From positions 4,611,502-4,675,501 of the forward strand of contig NC_068997.1 in assembly GCF_001194135.2 (NCBI RefSeq): a stretch of DNA of 64,000 bases, in the 5' to 3' direction. Position 1 is the first letter of the stretch; every line of letters begins with the position of its first letter. This stretch comes from Octopus bimaculoides. Lineage: Eukaryota. The position numbers were made by a program, and so were the translations under genes. Positions 50,348 through 63,687 of this stretch are shown here, piece by piece. Below the pieces are notes generated by a model, which saw only the letters and a program-made list of their open reading frames with translations, was not told the origin of the DNA and did not search any database.

Positions 50348-52469
50348 CAGAGGGGGAGAGAGCACTATAGGAAGAAAGAAACAAGGAAAAGGCAATGATC
50401 CATTGAGGTGTGTCTCCATAATATCAATCAATCTGAGAAAGAACAGTCAAATTTCCTTCAAACACACCTTTTTGTAAGAAAAGAAAGGTTAGTTTATGTA
50501 ATGTAATTCCAAACAGACTACGCTTGAAATAAGATCAGATTATCATAGTTGGAATGCTTTCGATTAGTCTTCTCAATCAAGGCTGACTTGAGGGTGAAAT
50601 AACAGAGAGGGGGATGAGGGGGATAAAGAGATTTGTGATTGGAACAAAACCACAGTCTTTCAGTTACTCAACCTGAAATTGTTTCATAACAGCACTAAAA
50701 ACATGTTATTATAATTATTATCATCATACACAATTAATGAATAAATTAATTAATGATAATGCACTAAGGAAGAGTCTCTTAACCCTTTTTCAGTATTCCT
50801 CTGCTACCTCCCCCATCTTTACCAGCTCACCCCTTGATTTCCCACTACCACCACCATTACATGATAGGCTAAAAAACATAACTGCGTATAAATAACATCT
50901 TATTATACTAACTGCTTTATATTTAATCAACAATTAAACAAAACATACTGTCAACACGTCTGTAGTTTATTAATCAAACTCCCAGGAATACCAGGATGTA
51001 TATAAATTTGATTTGCTAAAGTAACAGTGAGTTTAAAAGGAGTAGGTACATGGACAGTTGTATTAAGCCAGGGGAAGGGTTACTCAGTTACTGATGAGAT
51101 CCCAACATGGTTTCTATGACTAGATGCCCTTCTACAGCTGGATGCCAATCACTCCAATAGTGTAGTGGGTGCTTTTTATGTGCCACCAGCAAGGGTGCCA
51201 GTTACACAGCACCATCATTGATCATGACTATGATCTCACTTGGCTTGACAGGTCTACTCAAGCACAGTACATTGCCAAGGAATACCCCATCCTCAGCTAT
51301 CTGATCAACTCCTTTTGTGGTTTTAACATCAAAAGAAGTACTATTCCAACCAATAGTATCAACTGCACAAAAAGAAAAAAATAAACAATTTCAATGCTGC
51401 TCAGGAGCATAGAAACAGAACTCATGTAAGACAAAAACAATAATAAAAAGTTTAAAAGACTAAGAAGGAAAATTATAACTCATATAAAATTGAATATATA
51501 AAATTCAGCACACCTTGGTGAAAACTTTATACCTCTGGAATCCACAGTGTGAGAGAGCTATTCCAGCAACCAAAGCTTGAAAGAAAGAAAAGAAGTGACA
51601 GTGGGCTTCTGAACAGTTTTCATCTACCACATTTCATTCAGAAGGTATTAGTCAACCAAAAGATATAGCAGACATCTAAGGTGTTTGCTATATCTTTGGA
51701 TCAAGCTCCAAATCATGTGGTTGTTATGCAAACATTTTAACAGCCATGCCTGAGCCTTATTCACACAGGTATGCTAATAGCTATTACAATAAAATAGAAT
51801 AATGTGGAAGATGGTGATGATGGTGGGGGAATTTGTAAGGGCTGTGAAGGCTAACACCTTGACTAGTCTACCTTCCACCCATCACGTAGGTCAACTCAGG
51901 CAGTGATAAATGAGGTGACTTCACAGCAAAGTAAGACACTTTTAACAGCACATATAATTTCCTCTTCCCACTTCTCCCTCTCTCTCTTTCTCCCCTCTCT
52001 CATCTCTTCTCTCTCTCTACCAATTATAGCCATATATAACTTACAGCTTTGAACTGGAGTGTTAAGTGTATGTGTGTGTGTGTGTGTGTGTGACTGTACA
52101 GAAAACTAATGCTCTTGGATTTAATCCTTGTTTTGCTGAAGATTTTTCCTATTACCTTCTTAGTTCTTTCTATTCAGTTTGAAACATTAGTGTTCCATAG
52201 TCCATTAACATCTTAAGATCTTCTCCACATCATCATCATCTTCTAATGAAATGTTAATTGTTACATGTCATTGCAAAGAGCCATCAAAATAATGCAGTCA
52301 CTAGTAAAATTGTCATCTGTGACTTTTAAATCATTCAATAGTTAACTCCTAGGAAATTTCATATTTTATTTCACTCCATCTGCTGTGTTTATTACTGATT
52401 TGTATTTCAATATTAATAAAACTGTCATTGATACTCTTCTAGATTTTTGGCAGATTCTTCTATATTTTT

Positions 52470-52835
52470 TGATCTTTTGTCTTTTATTCGTTTCAGTCAT
52501 TGGACTGAGGCCATACATATTAGGGCACTATCTTGAAAAATTTAGTCTGATACTTATTCTGTCAGTCTCTTTCTCCAAACTGCTAAGTTACGGGGTCATA
52601 CTCAAATCAGTGTCAGTTGACAAATGGTGGGGAAACAAACACAGACACACAAATAAACACACACACACACACACACACACTTGACAGACTTCCATACAGT
52701 TTCCATTCGCCAAATTCATTCACAAAGCATTGGTTGGCCAAGGGCTATAGCAGAAGACACTTCAAGGTTCCTGTGCAATGGGACTAAACCTGAAATCATG
52801 TGGCTTCAAAACCAACTTCTTAACCACATAGCTAT
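52470..52835 (-). mobile_element. SINE family A
   Basis: Reverse-complement tail (tttcagtcattggactg) to head (cttcttaaccacatagc). Confidence 0.75.
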
Positions 52836-53419
52836 GCTAATGCTTATAAAAGCCATGCCTAGGATGGAAGTGTTATCAACTAATGTTTTTTTCCTCCCTA
52901 ATTTGATTCATATTATGTATTGTAATGTGCTGTTATGGACTTGTGTTGCAAATATTGGATCAACCAACAAGAAAGTGTTGTACATATGTGTCGGATGTAA
53001 CAGATTGAGTCGTGAAATTTACACCTTTCATGTTTACACTGAAATTTGTATATTACACTTGTTGTCTGAAGTATGTTTTGCAGTTTTCAGGTTTGTGGTT
53101 TCCTGTTAATGAAAAGATTTTAATTCTGGTGTTTCCCATTAGTTTGTGGTTAGGCTTGATGTACAAGTATGACACTTATTCATTGGTTAACCAAGCATTT
53201 ACGACTAGGAGCCATTGCATTACATTATAAACAGTTCACAAAGCAAAACTAAACAGAAAACCAATAGGTGATATCTTTACTATACCATCCAATATAATAT
53301 TCTACAGAAAACTAGATTAACTGTGGAAGATTTATTAATAGTAAAATGCAAATGAAAAATCAATGTGCAAATATTGCACATGACACATATACTGTGTAAG
53401 TAACCAGAAGTTAAGTATT

Positions 53420-54230
53420 AATATTTTAAAAAATCTAAGACCATATCACCAGACAGCAATCGACTGTCTTAAAACCAATGTTGTTTATAAATTATATTGT
53501 TAATGTGAAGACATACGTTGATGTGAAGGCAGTTACACATCAACATAGAATACTTTTGCAAGGTAAAATCACCTTGCATAGTATTCCAGCAAGAATAGTC
53601 GAGACCTATAGAAACACAGACTTTGACAAAGCACAAAGGCACTGTGGACCTTTAGACTTCTGAGATACATTCTATTAGGGAACAGAATCTTAATCTGAAC
53701 TCAGAGAGTTGGGCATATGGAAACACATATTTAGTATCTCTAAGCAATAAAGACAGATACTTCCATACTTCTGGCTTACAATTTATAAATAAGAACACAA
53801 AAACCAACCTGACTGATGAAGAGTAATGAGGTCAAAAACACAAATAAAGTATTGAAACTTAAACCAGTAAAAGCACTTCTTTAGCATAGCTAGGATCATG
53901 TCCCCAAAAATAGCCCTTCTCTTCAGAATCAGAAAATATTTGTGAACAGTTGCTAACACTACAGGGCTCAAATTGGGGCTACAGATGCTCTTCCATCTGG
54001 ATGGTACTGTTGCTATATACACAGACATCCTGGACTGCATCCAGTGAAGGGCAATCACTCACTAATGGTTACACTCCAGCCTCTGATTCACAGACAATGC
54101 TGTCTTCTCTCTCTCTCTTTTCTTTTGCTACAATGATGGTATCTGGGGCAAGAACACACATGAAAATGATAAGTGTCATTGAAGAGGTCACAGATACGTG
54201 ACGAAAGATTTCCAGACAATGGACATGAGT
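53420..54230 (+). mobile_element. CR1-like LINE remnant, heavily decayed
   Basis: YRAQI, SSIW, LDCIQ.RAI, LQPLIHR and SLSLFFCYNDG recovered across frameshifts. Confidence 0.55.
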
Positions 54231-54404
54231 TAAAATAATAAAAGAAGAGCAATAATAAATGAGTGAAGAAAAAATACATAGTGCATGTGTTTATTTGGCA
54301 AAAAAAAAAGGAAAAAGTGACCATCCCAAAATACAACAATATCTGTTTCAACACACAATTTCATATCAGTCAGGAATTTTGCAAAACGAATTGAGATATA
54401 TATA

Positions 54405-54437
<33 letters not shown>

Positions 54438-54526
54438 GTATGTATATATGTGTGTATATATATATATATGTATGTATATATGTGTGTATATATATGTATG
54501 TATATATATATGTGTATATATATTTC

Positions 54527-54562
<36 letters not shown>

Positions 54563-54566
54563 ATAT

Positions 54567-54601
<35 letters not shown>

Positions 54602-55074
54602 CAGAAACATCTCCCTGAATGCAGTCTAGGCTGGGTGGAGGAGTTTGTCTCCCCCTCGTAAGGATAAGGGCACAGGAAATGTGTCAAGGTCTAATAGGAA
54701 GCGGTCTGGCTTCCTAGGGCTAAACAGCAGTAGTATNNNNNNNNNNNNNNNNNNNNNNNNNNNNNNNNNNNNNNNNNNNNNNNNNNNNNNNNNNNNNNNN
54801 NNNNNNNNNNNNNNNNNNNNNNNNNNNNNNNNNNNNNNNNNNNNNNNNNNNNNNNNNNNNNNNNNNNNNNNNNNNNNNNNNNNNNNNNNNNNNNNNNNNA
54901 TATATATAAAAGATAATGAGAGTGAAAAAACTACAGAAGGCTTGTGTTACATGGTTAAAGTATATATTTAAATTGTGATGTTAGAAAAATGTTATAAAAT
55001 CTTTTTGGTATATAAACATTGTATTTTGAGAAATAACCGGTTTCGTGTTGTCTTTTCAAATTTCTCTACTTCAT

Positions 55075-55390
55075 TGTAATGTGTTCGCTCTGCTTTCCGT
55101 GCTGGCATAATTTAGACAGTTTGACTGGAGCTGGTAAGTCAGAGAATTGCACCAGGCTCCAGTGATCTGTTTTGGCTTGGTTTCTATGGCTGGATGCCCT
55201 TCCCAATGCCAACCACTTTACAGAGTCTACTGAGTGTGTTTTACGAGTCACTAGCATGAGTACCCAATGTCACTGGTACAGGTGCTTTCTATGTATCACT
55301 GGCACAGGTGCCTTTTACATGCCACTGGCTCAGGGGCCCTGTAGATGTCTCTGGCACTGGTGCCTTTTATGTCATTGGCACAAGTAACTT
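55075..55390 (-). mobile_element. RTE-tail SINE fragment
   Basis: ggtttctatggctggatgcccttcccaatgccaaccactttacagag. Confidence 0.65.
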
Positions 55391-56117
55391 CTAAATGTCA
55401 CACACATTCATACATATATATATGTTTCTTGTTATGGGATCAGTGGCAGTTTGCCACTTCTGTTTATATATTGTGAGTAGGGATGATTGACTGCCATCTC
55501 TAGCAGGCAGGTGTCCAGTACCGATAAAGGGTAAAGACCCAGAAACTATGGTCTACTGGTCTTGTCAAGCTGGAGGGTCGTGATTTGCTCCCTTACTCAC
55601 AATATATCGGACACAGGTTGCGTATTGTTGACCAGCTGGAAAAGACATTTTCCTGAGGTTAAAATGTAGTAACATGGTTCTTTATAGAACAGCCATGTTA
55701 TAGTGGCAAAAAACATTACCGCCCATAAGGGAAACCAGGGCACAGTAGTTCCCTTCTTGGACTGAACCATTGTACTTCAGTTTACAATTCATTATACTAA
55801 GCTTTGACATTTTCACCCCAACATGTGTTTCAAATTAACAATGTAAATCTTGGTGTATTTTTTTTATGTAGAATTAACAGATACAGAATAAGGGTTAGGA
55901 TTAGGTTTCATAGAAATCAATACCAGCACCACCTTCACCACACCATGCCCAGCACCACCATAATTACCCAGTTACATAATGTGTGTGTTATGTTTCTATA
56001 TGGATATATGTGTTTCTATATATAAGAGTGATTATGACAGTGAGTGTGTGTGTGCAAGTATATGAATGAGAGTGTGTGTGAATATGTCTGTATAAGTAAA
56101 TGTATAAGAGTACATGA

Positions 56118-56152
<35 letters not shown>

Positions 56153-57469
56153 AGAGACAGCAGGAGAGGCAGGGGACAGTAACATAATCATTACATGGCA
56201 GGGCGGACAGGTGGTAGTGGTGGCAGCAGCAGTGCTAGTATGGCTAAAGTGATCCCGCACAGGTGAGACAACAGTCACAGTTGAGAGACAGACACCATAG
56301 GCAGCTCTACAGGTAGGTAGGTGTGTGCATATACATGCATATACATACATACACACCCACATATATAAACACGTGTATCTGTTTATTTATATATATATAT
56401 ATATATACATATATATTTTCATTTTATCTAGTTTCAGCTCATGAGCTGTGGCCATGCTGGGGCACCGCCATTGTATGTATATATAACACACACAAATATA
56501 CACACACACATATATAATGCAAATGTTTTTAAATTTTTATAGTGCAAAGTTATAGAAGATATTTCTAAGTATGCGCTAAGGTAGAAAAACTGAACAGGAC
56601 TGCACGTGGGAATTGAATCCTGTGTTTGTAGTATGTCAGTCAACCATATTAACTATGATACAGAAAAGCTTAAACAAATAATAACTTTTTATATATTTCT
56701 ACCTTAGTTCAACTTGTAAATTTCTTATGTAAGTCTATATATATATATGTGTGTGTGTGTGTCCCTCCCATGCCAGCATGGAAGGTGGACATTAAACGAT
56801 GATTATATATATAGTTATATGTTATTGTTGTGTATGGATGGATATGTGAGCGTGTATGCATGTATATATGTGTGTGTGTATGTATATGTATGTATGTATA
56901 TGCATATGTGCAATGTGACTGCATGTGTGTATGAATATATATGTATGTGCAGTGTGACTATGTGTCTGTATGTGTGTGTACATACGTACTACACTTATTT
57001 TCACTATGTGGTATCTTGTGCAAGTGACTTCTACTGTAACCTTGTCAAAACAGGCATTTTAAATGAAATCAGTAAAATAGAAACTAAGATGTAGTCCTGT
57101 TGGGTGTTATTAAAAAGGTACAGCTTTGTCACTCATTGAGTTACACTGATCCACCTTGATCCTAATCCTGTTAAGTGTGCAGCATATATGTCTGTGGAAT
57201 ACTCAGCCATTTACTCTATGATTCAACGACAAGATAATTCAGTTCATTAAAAACAACCAGATTACTGATTGCTGGAATTGATGTTAAATATGTTTACCGT
57301 CTTCAGTTCTCTTTTACATCAATTTGTAAAACAATAAAATACTTATGTGTATGTGTCTGTATGATATACAAATGTGGCTGTGAGGTTAAGAAGCTTGCCT
57401 CCCAAGAATTTAATTGAGTTTTTACCTGTAAATTTGGATTTTTATCCCTAATATATATATATATATATA

Positions 57470-58017
57470 TATTATATTATATTATATTAGAGGAAAAATC
57501 AAGGCAGAGCGAGTATCTCAAGTCATTTAGAATAATTTGATTAGGGTAAGTGAATTTCAAGTCTTACAGCTGTTTTGTGGGATAACCCAAGTGATAGGTT
57601 AGCATGTCCACACACTAGGTATTCTTAACTAAAGACCTGTACCTTCATGGAAGTATTGACCAACATCCATATCCTCTGGAAAAAGATGAGTTGTGAACAT
57701 TATTCTCCTGCCTATATTCTTCTAACTACCTTTACTCTTAATTCTTCTATTTTATTCCTATATTCTTCTATTTTATTCCTTATAAACTGTGAATTTTATT
57801 CCTTGTAAACTGTAAATTTTCCTTGTCTAAAATATTCACACCTTGTCTCTGATGACAGAATACCCAGTGCATGGGCATGCTAACCTATCACTTGTGTTAT
57901 CCCAGAAATGGCTGTAAGACTTCAAATTCACTTTTACCCTAATTAAATTATTCTAAATGACTTGAGATACTCGTTCTGCCATGGTTTTGATTTTTCCTCT
58001 AATATAATATAATATAT
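57470..58017. repeat. Inverted pair of hammerhead-bearing Penelope-like terminal repeats, arms about 155 bp
   Basis: 57470-57625 is the reverse complement of 57857-58017. The right arm follows gtct-ctgatga and contains gaaa-tggctg-ta-agac. Confidence 0.85.
57845..57920 (+). ncRNA. Degenerate hammerhead motif
   Basis: GUCU-CUGAUGA(57849-57855)...GAAA(57905-57908)-UGGCUG-UA/AGAC; stems II and III mutated. Confidence 0.5.
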
Positions 58018-58152
58018 ACTTGCTATAACGGAATCCTAAGACAGATCCCTAGATCCAGTCTTAGTTGTGATCTTGGAACCTAGCAGTCAACCAACTACAG
58101 TGCTTACTCAGCATACCTGTTCATTTAGATCACAAGTGAACTAAACCCCTCC

Positions 58153-58202
<50 letters not shown>

Positions 58203-58265
58203 NNNNNNNNNNNNNNNNNNNNNNNNNNNNNNNNNNNNNNNNNNNNNNNNNNNNNNNNNNNNNNN

Positions 58266-58308
<43 letters not shown>

Positions 58309-58579
58309 ACACATACATACATACACACACATATATATGCACACACACACACAGTTTCTTGGAACACTGAATACCCATTTCTAATGACACTCATGTATAA
58401 GAATTATATACTCACCAGCACTTAATGACAAAAATAGTTTGATGAGATTTCTTGATGATATTAATACACACACACACACACACACACCCTGATCATATGT
58501 ATCACATGCTTGTGATAAAACGAGATGTCCACAAAACAGTGGAAAGACATAAATACACAAAATTCGGCAGCAGCTCCAT

Positions 58580-59215
58580 TGAATTTCCTGCATACCTGGC
58601 TTTGTGAAAGAGCCATACTTGCACCAAAGAATGAAGCTGTCCAGGTTGTCAATTGGAAACTTATGCAATCTATCAATACTAAGGGAAAAAATTATTTCTC
58701 AATTGATACTATTGTAGACCCCAGGGAGGCTGAGAATTATTCTACTGAGTTTCTTAACCCTTTGGATCCTCCTGAAATACCTTCTCACAAACTGACATTG
58801 AAGAAAGGAGTTCCAATCATGCTTTTGAGAAATCTGGATCCCCCAAAGCTATACAATGGAACAAGACTGATTGTCAGGCAAATGCATCCACATCTTTTGG
58901 AAGCAGCAATCCTCACTGGACAAAGATAGGGAGAAAATGTGTTTATTCCAAGAATTCCACAGATTCCAGCAGACATGCTCTTTGAATTCAAGAGTTTTCA
59001 ATTTCCAGTAAGAGTTAGTTTTACAATGTCAATTAACAAGAGTCAAGGACAATCACTGAAAATTGTTGGACTTTACCTCATACAGCAGTACTTTTCCCAT
59101 GGTCAGCTCTATGTTGGTTGTTCCAGAGTTGGAAATAGCAACAATCTCTTCATACTTCATACTCACAGCAAATGGTAAAACCTACAATGTTGTTTATCCT
59201 GCTGCTTCACAGTGA
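58580..59215 (+). mobile_element. Helitron RepHel PIF1-like helicase C-terminal fragment
   Basis: AILAPKN...PSHKLTLKKGVPIMLLRNLDPPKLYNGTRL...FIPRIP...QFPVRVSFTMSINKSQGQSL...FSHGQLYVGCSRV; internal stop at 58929. Confidence 0.93.
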
Positions 59216-59319
59216 TCTCCAAATGTCACAGTGATACAAAATTCTCCAAATGTGATACTCTGTGGCATAAATCTGAGATGGTAAGGTACCAATAAATGCT
59301 TTATTTTTATTGCCCTCTT

Positions 59320-59780
59320 TAAGGTGGTGAGCTGACAGAATTGTTAGCATGCCAAGCTGGCAGAAACGTTAGCATGCCAGGCGAAATGCTTAGCGGTATT
59401 TCGCCTGCCGCTACGTTCTGAGTTCAAATTCCTCCAAGGTCAACTTTGCCTTTCATCCTTTCGGGATTGATTAAATAAGTACCAGTTACGCACTGGGTCG
59501 ATATAATCGACTTAATCCGTTTGTCTGTCCTTGTTTGTCCCCTCTGTGTGTAGCCCTTTGTGGGCAGTAAACAAATAACAATTGTTAGCATGCTGGATGA
59601 AATGCTTAGTGGTACTTTACCTATTGCTACGTTCTGAGTTCAAATTCTGCTGGAGTAAACTTTGCCTTTCATCCATTTGGGATTGATGAACTAAGTACCA
59701 GTGAAACACTGGGGTCAATGTAATTAATTAGTCCCCTCTCCAAAATTTCAGGCCCTATGCCTGTAGTAGAAAGGATTATT
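59320..59780 (+). mobile_element. SINE family B copy nested in an older family B copy
   Basis: 14-bp duplication aattgttagcatgc at 59339-59352 and 59580-59593 flanks the inner copy. Confidence 0.8.
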
Positions 59781-60050
59781 ATTGCCTTCTTTAGTTTTGG
59801 GCCACAGGCTCAATTAGCCCTCCACAGGAGCTAACTTAAAAGTCCCCACAGAGTGCGACTTTTAAGCTAGTGACCAATAAAGAAAGAATTACTTTAATGT
59901 AAGGCTGTTTCAGGTGTGTATAATTATATATGTGTATGTGTTTGTGTGTATATACACACACTTACATGTAGACAGATACACATGCATACACACAAACATG
60001 TATATGTATGTGTGTATGTAAATATATATATGTGTACGTATGTATGTATG

Positions 60051-60184
60051 TATATTTTTATTAATATTTAACAGAAGCAACAGAGTGACTCAATGTCTGA
60101 GTTTTATGCATTGGCATTCTCAAGGTCCAAGAGTTGGAACTTGAGTCACTTTGTTGCTTCTGCTAAATATTAATAAAAATATAT
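60051..60184. mobile_element. Hairpin MITE-like element; second copy at 63358-63495
   Basis: tatttttattaatatttaacagaagcaacagagtgactcaa / ttgagtcactttgttgcttctgctaaatattaataaaaata. Confidence 0.75.
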
Positions 60185-60384
60185 ATATACTCATATTTTG
60201 AGTTCTGTTTTTCCTGCTTGCATCAACATACTTATATATGTATGCATGTATATATAGCATATATATGTGACAGGCTTCTACGTAGTTTCCATCTACAAAT
60301 ACCTCTCATAGGCTATTATGCTATGGTAGAAGACTCTTGTCAAGGTGTCACACAGTGGGACTGAACCTATCATAGATCTGTTAA

Positions 60385-60715
60385 ATAACAACATCTGGTT
60401 GGACTTTTCGCTTCGTAGAACATTATAAACAACCACCACAGCTATGTGTGGTTCTAATTAGATCAGCTACATTACAAAGACTATCAATTATATCTTTTGA
60501 TCTTCCATCCCAACACTTTATCCACTTCATCATATAGATGTGCCTACTGCTAACAATGCTTGCAGCCAACATGGTTCTATACAGGGTTACTTTACTTGCT
60601 AGGAATAGCAACCAAATCTCCCTTAACTCTTTTGATACCAACTTGCCCAAGACCAACCCTGCTTCTGTGATCTAAATTAAATACTGCCATCAAAATTTCA
60701 TGTTTATGATCCCAA
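60385..60715 (-). mobile_element. CR1-like LINE remnant
   Basis: TLYRTMLAASIVSSRHIY resembles TLYKAQIRPxLEYCSHIW. Confidence 0.4.
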
Positions 60716-60724
60716 CACTAGCTT

Positions 60725-60915
60725 AATAATGGCTTCAAATTTTGGTACAAGGTCAGCAACTTCAAAGGAGGGAGTAAGTCGATTGCTTTAACCCCTGTAC
60801 TCAACTAATACTTATTTTATCAACCCCAAAAGGATGAAAGATAGTCGATCTTGGTAGAATTTGAACTTAGAACATAAAGATGGACAAAATGTTGCCTTAC
60901 ACTAGCTTAATGACA
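60725..60915 (-). mobile_element. SINE family B
   Basis: aattttggtacaagg...caaccccaaaaggatgaaag...gaatttgaacttagaac. Confidence 0.75.
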
Positions 60916-60956
60916 GTTATTTTACTAAATACCTCCTTATTTTCAAAATTATTGGA

Positions 60957-61035
<79 letters not shown>

Positions 61036-61733
61036 CCCACACACACACACACCCCGTCGCTAGAAGGGGACTTATCACGTTTGTAGACAATTGTTAGAAG
61101 TTATGGTTTAAAATTATTTTTTATGCAAAAGTTCACCTGTTAGGAAGGAAGAAAAAAAAATGACCGATTCCAGGCATTTCCAGCCACGAGGAATCCATTA
61201 GTGCACAAATCCTGAAGTGTAGCGAGGGGGCGGGGCGGTGACTAGGCGCTTACATCGGCCCCAGTATTTCACTCGTACTTAATTTGTCAACCTTGAATGA
61301 AAAGTTGACCTCAGTAGATATAATACTTGACCTGAAGAGGAAAGAACAGGAGAGACTTCTAGTGAAGTCAATAACACAATAAATAATAGAAATAGACAAA
61401 CAGGTCTGTGCAACTGTGCTAGAGATAAAGTATGCCCATTGAGCTCAAATGTAAAACTAAGAACCTAGTCTGTAGATGCAAAGTTACCTCAGAGGAAAGG
61501 GACTAGTTTTATATAGGGCCAGCTCTCTTTTTTCATAAAGAGACTGGCCAATTATTTAAATTCCTTTAGAGGTAAGGAAAAAATAAGTAATACAAGACTA
61601 AGTAAACTAATTTGGTCAAATAAAGACTAAAACAATAACTAAGATATTTATGACAACTAATTAATACTGCTAAGCCTTATCAAGTAGGGGGAAAGAGATA
61701 CAACTTATGCATAGAGGAACATTATCAAATATT

Positions 61734-61892
61734 GGAGTGGCTGTTTGGTAAGTAGCTTGCTTGCCAACCACATGGTTCCGGGTTCATTCCCACTGCATGG
61801 CACCTTGGGCAAGTGTCTTCTACCATAGCCTCAGGCCGACCAAAGTCTTGTAAGTGGATTTGATAGACGGAAACTGAAAGAAGCCAGTCGTA

Positions 61893-61944
<52 letters not shown>

Positions 61945-62175
61945 GTATGTATGTGTGGGTGTATGTTTGTGTGCCTGTGTCCCCCCAACACCGCTTGACA
62001 ACCAATGGTGTCCCCCAACATCGCTTGACAAACCATAACTTAGTGGTTCGGCAAAAGAGACTGATAGAATAAGTACTAGGCATCCAAAAAATAAGTCCTG
62101 GGGTTGATTTGCTTGACTAAAGGTGGTGCTCCAGCATGGCCACAGTCAAATGACTGAAACAAGTAAAAGAGTAAA
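61734..62175 (+). mobile_element. SINE family A, full length, with a small internal duplication
   Basis: ggagtggctgtttggtaagtagcttgc...gactgaaacaagtaaaagagt. Confidence 0.88.
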
Positions 62176-63357
62176 ACGCACATTAATACAAAACACGAAC
62201 AAGCCCTAAGATGTTTACACAAACATGGTGGGACCTTTAAGAGATATAGAGATAATTCTAGATAGCCAACACCCCAGCAAGAATTGAGCTTGATATAACA
62301 AGTAGAATAATATTGCCTAAACATAAAAATATATAATAATCAGCATTAATAAAAAAGATAAGTACCCTGCCCAATGTATAACACGAATCATGAACAGCCC
62401 AACCAAAAAATGAATATACACATATATGAACTTTTCAATAGAAGCCCTACACTCAAAATCAAAAACATTACACACACAACCATTAAAATGAACAAAGAGC
62501 CTTACAAGAACAATAATCTCAACCTTAACTGATTTTAAGACCAAGCCCTAACTTCAGCAACTTGCGTGAAGTTGAGGTCAACAGCACATACCTAAAAATA
62601 ACAACACCCCTACCTCCCCCAGAAGAACAAAAATTTACTTCAGTCAGTTCACTTCAAGGATAACCAAATGGACAGACCCTGATGAAGCTGTACCAACAAG
62701 ATTGCAAGGCTGCATTTGCAGTAGTGAGTAGTCACTGCGGCAGCAGCGTGTGTAGGTCATTATGATATGCTGTATATAAAATAAGTTGTGTGGATGTACA
62801 AATCTCCTTACCCTTTATTATCATTAATATTAATGTGTGTGTGTGAGAGAGAGAGAGTGTGTGTGTGTATGTGTGTGTGTGTGTGACAAAAGCTAGCAGG
62901 TTGAAACTTCAAAGTCACTGTCACTCCCTCTTCTTGTAAGAGTTTAATAAACTTATACTCTACTGAACAGTATCAAATAAGTCTTCAATTTAATGTTAAA
63001 TTGCTTTTATATATAACTTGACATAAAAAATAAGCATTTATATATATATATATATATATAAATGCTTATTTTTTTATTTGAGCATGCACTCTCTCACACA
63101 TTCTTTTAGTCTCCTACTGGCTTCAATCATTGGACTGTGTCCATACAAGTTTAAGAGTGCTTTTTCAATCAGTCATATTAACTCTAGTATTTATTTCAGT
63201 CAGCAACTTATTTCATTGATTTATATTTTATATTGGTTTACATTTCATTGATCTATATTTTATCAAGTTGCTAAGTTGTGCTTTTTGACATGATTTTGGT
63301 TTTTACACCGTAAAGATAAACAGACATTGATATATAGGTATATATATGTATGTATAT

Positions 63358-63495
63358 ATCTTTTATTAATATTTAGGAGAAGCAAGAGAGACTCAAGGGC
63401 TGAGATTTTTGTGCTTCAATACTTGATAAGTGCTAATGCATGCAACATACAGCCCTTAAGTTACTCTGTTGCTTCTGCTGGATATTAATAATATA
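63358..63495. mobile_element. Second copy of the 60051 hairpin MITE-like family
   Basis: ttttattaatatttaggagaagcaag / tgttgcttctgctggatattaataa. Confidence 0.65.
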
Positions 63496-63632
63496 TATAT
63501 ACACACTCACACATACATATAGAAGGAGAGGTAGATTGTTCCCTGCTCCTGGTGTCTGTGTATCTGCATATGTGTATATAGATACATATATATGTATATA
63601 CAGAGATACATACATACAAAAAGGATGCCAAC

Positions 63633-63665
<33 letters not shown>

Positions 63666-63687
63666 TTGGGTTAGGGTTAGGGTTAGG

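Noticed and set aside
53810-53845. ctgatgaagagtaatgaggtcaaaaac
   Set aside because: Lies within a decayed CR1 remnant; no stems
54605-54735. Hairpins (taggaagc/gcttccta) next to a gap, considered as an HDV-like ribozyme
   Set aside because: Nested pseudoknot could not be built; sequence truncated by Ns
62675-62720. ctgatgaagctgtaccaacaag
   Set aside because: Has the CUGAUGA box and a partial stem II but no GAAA or stem III; at most a relic
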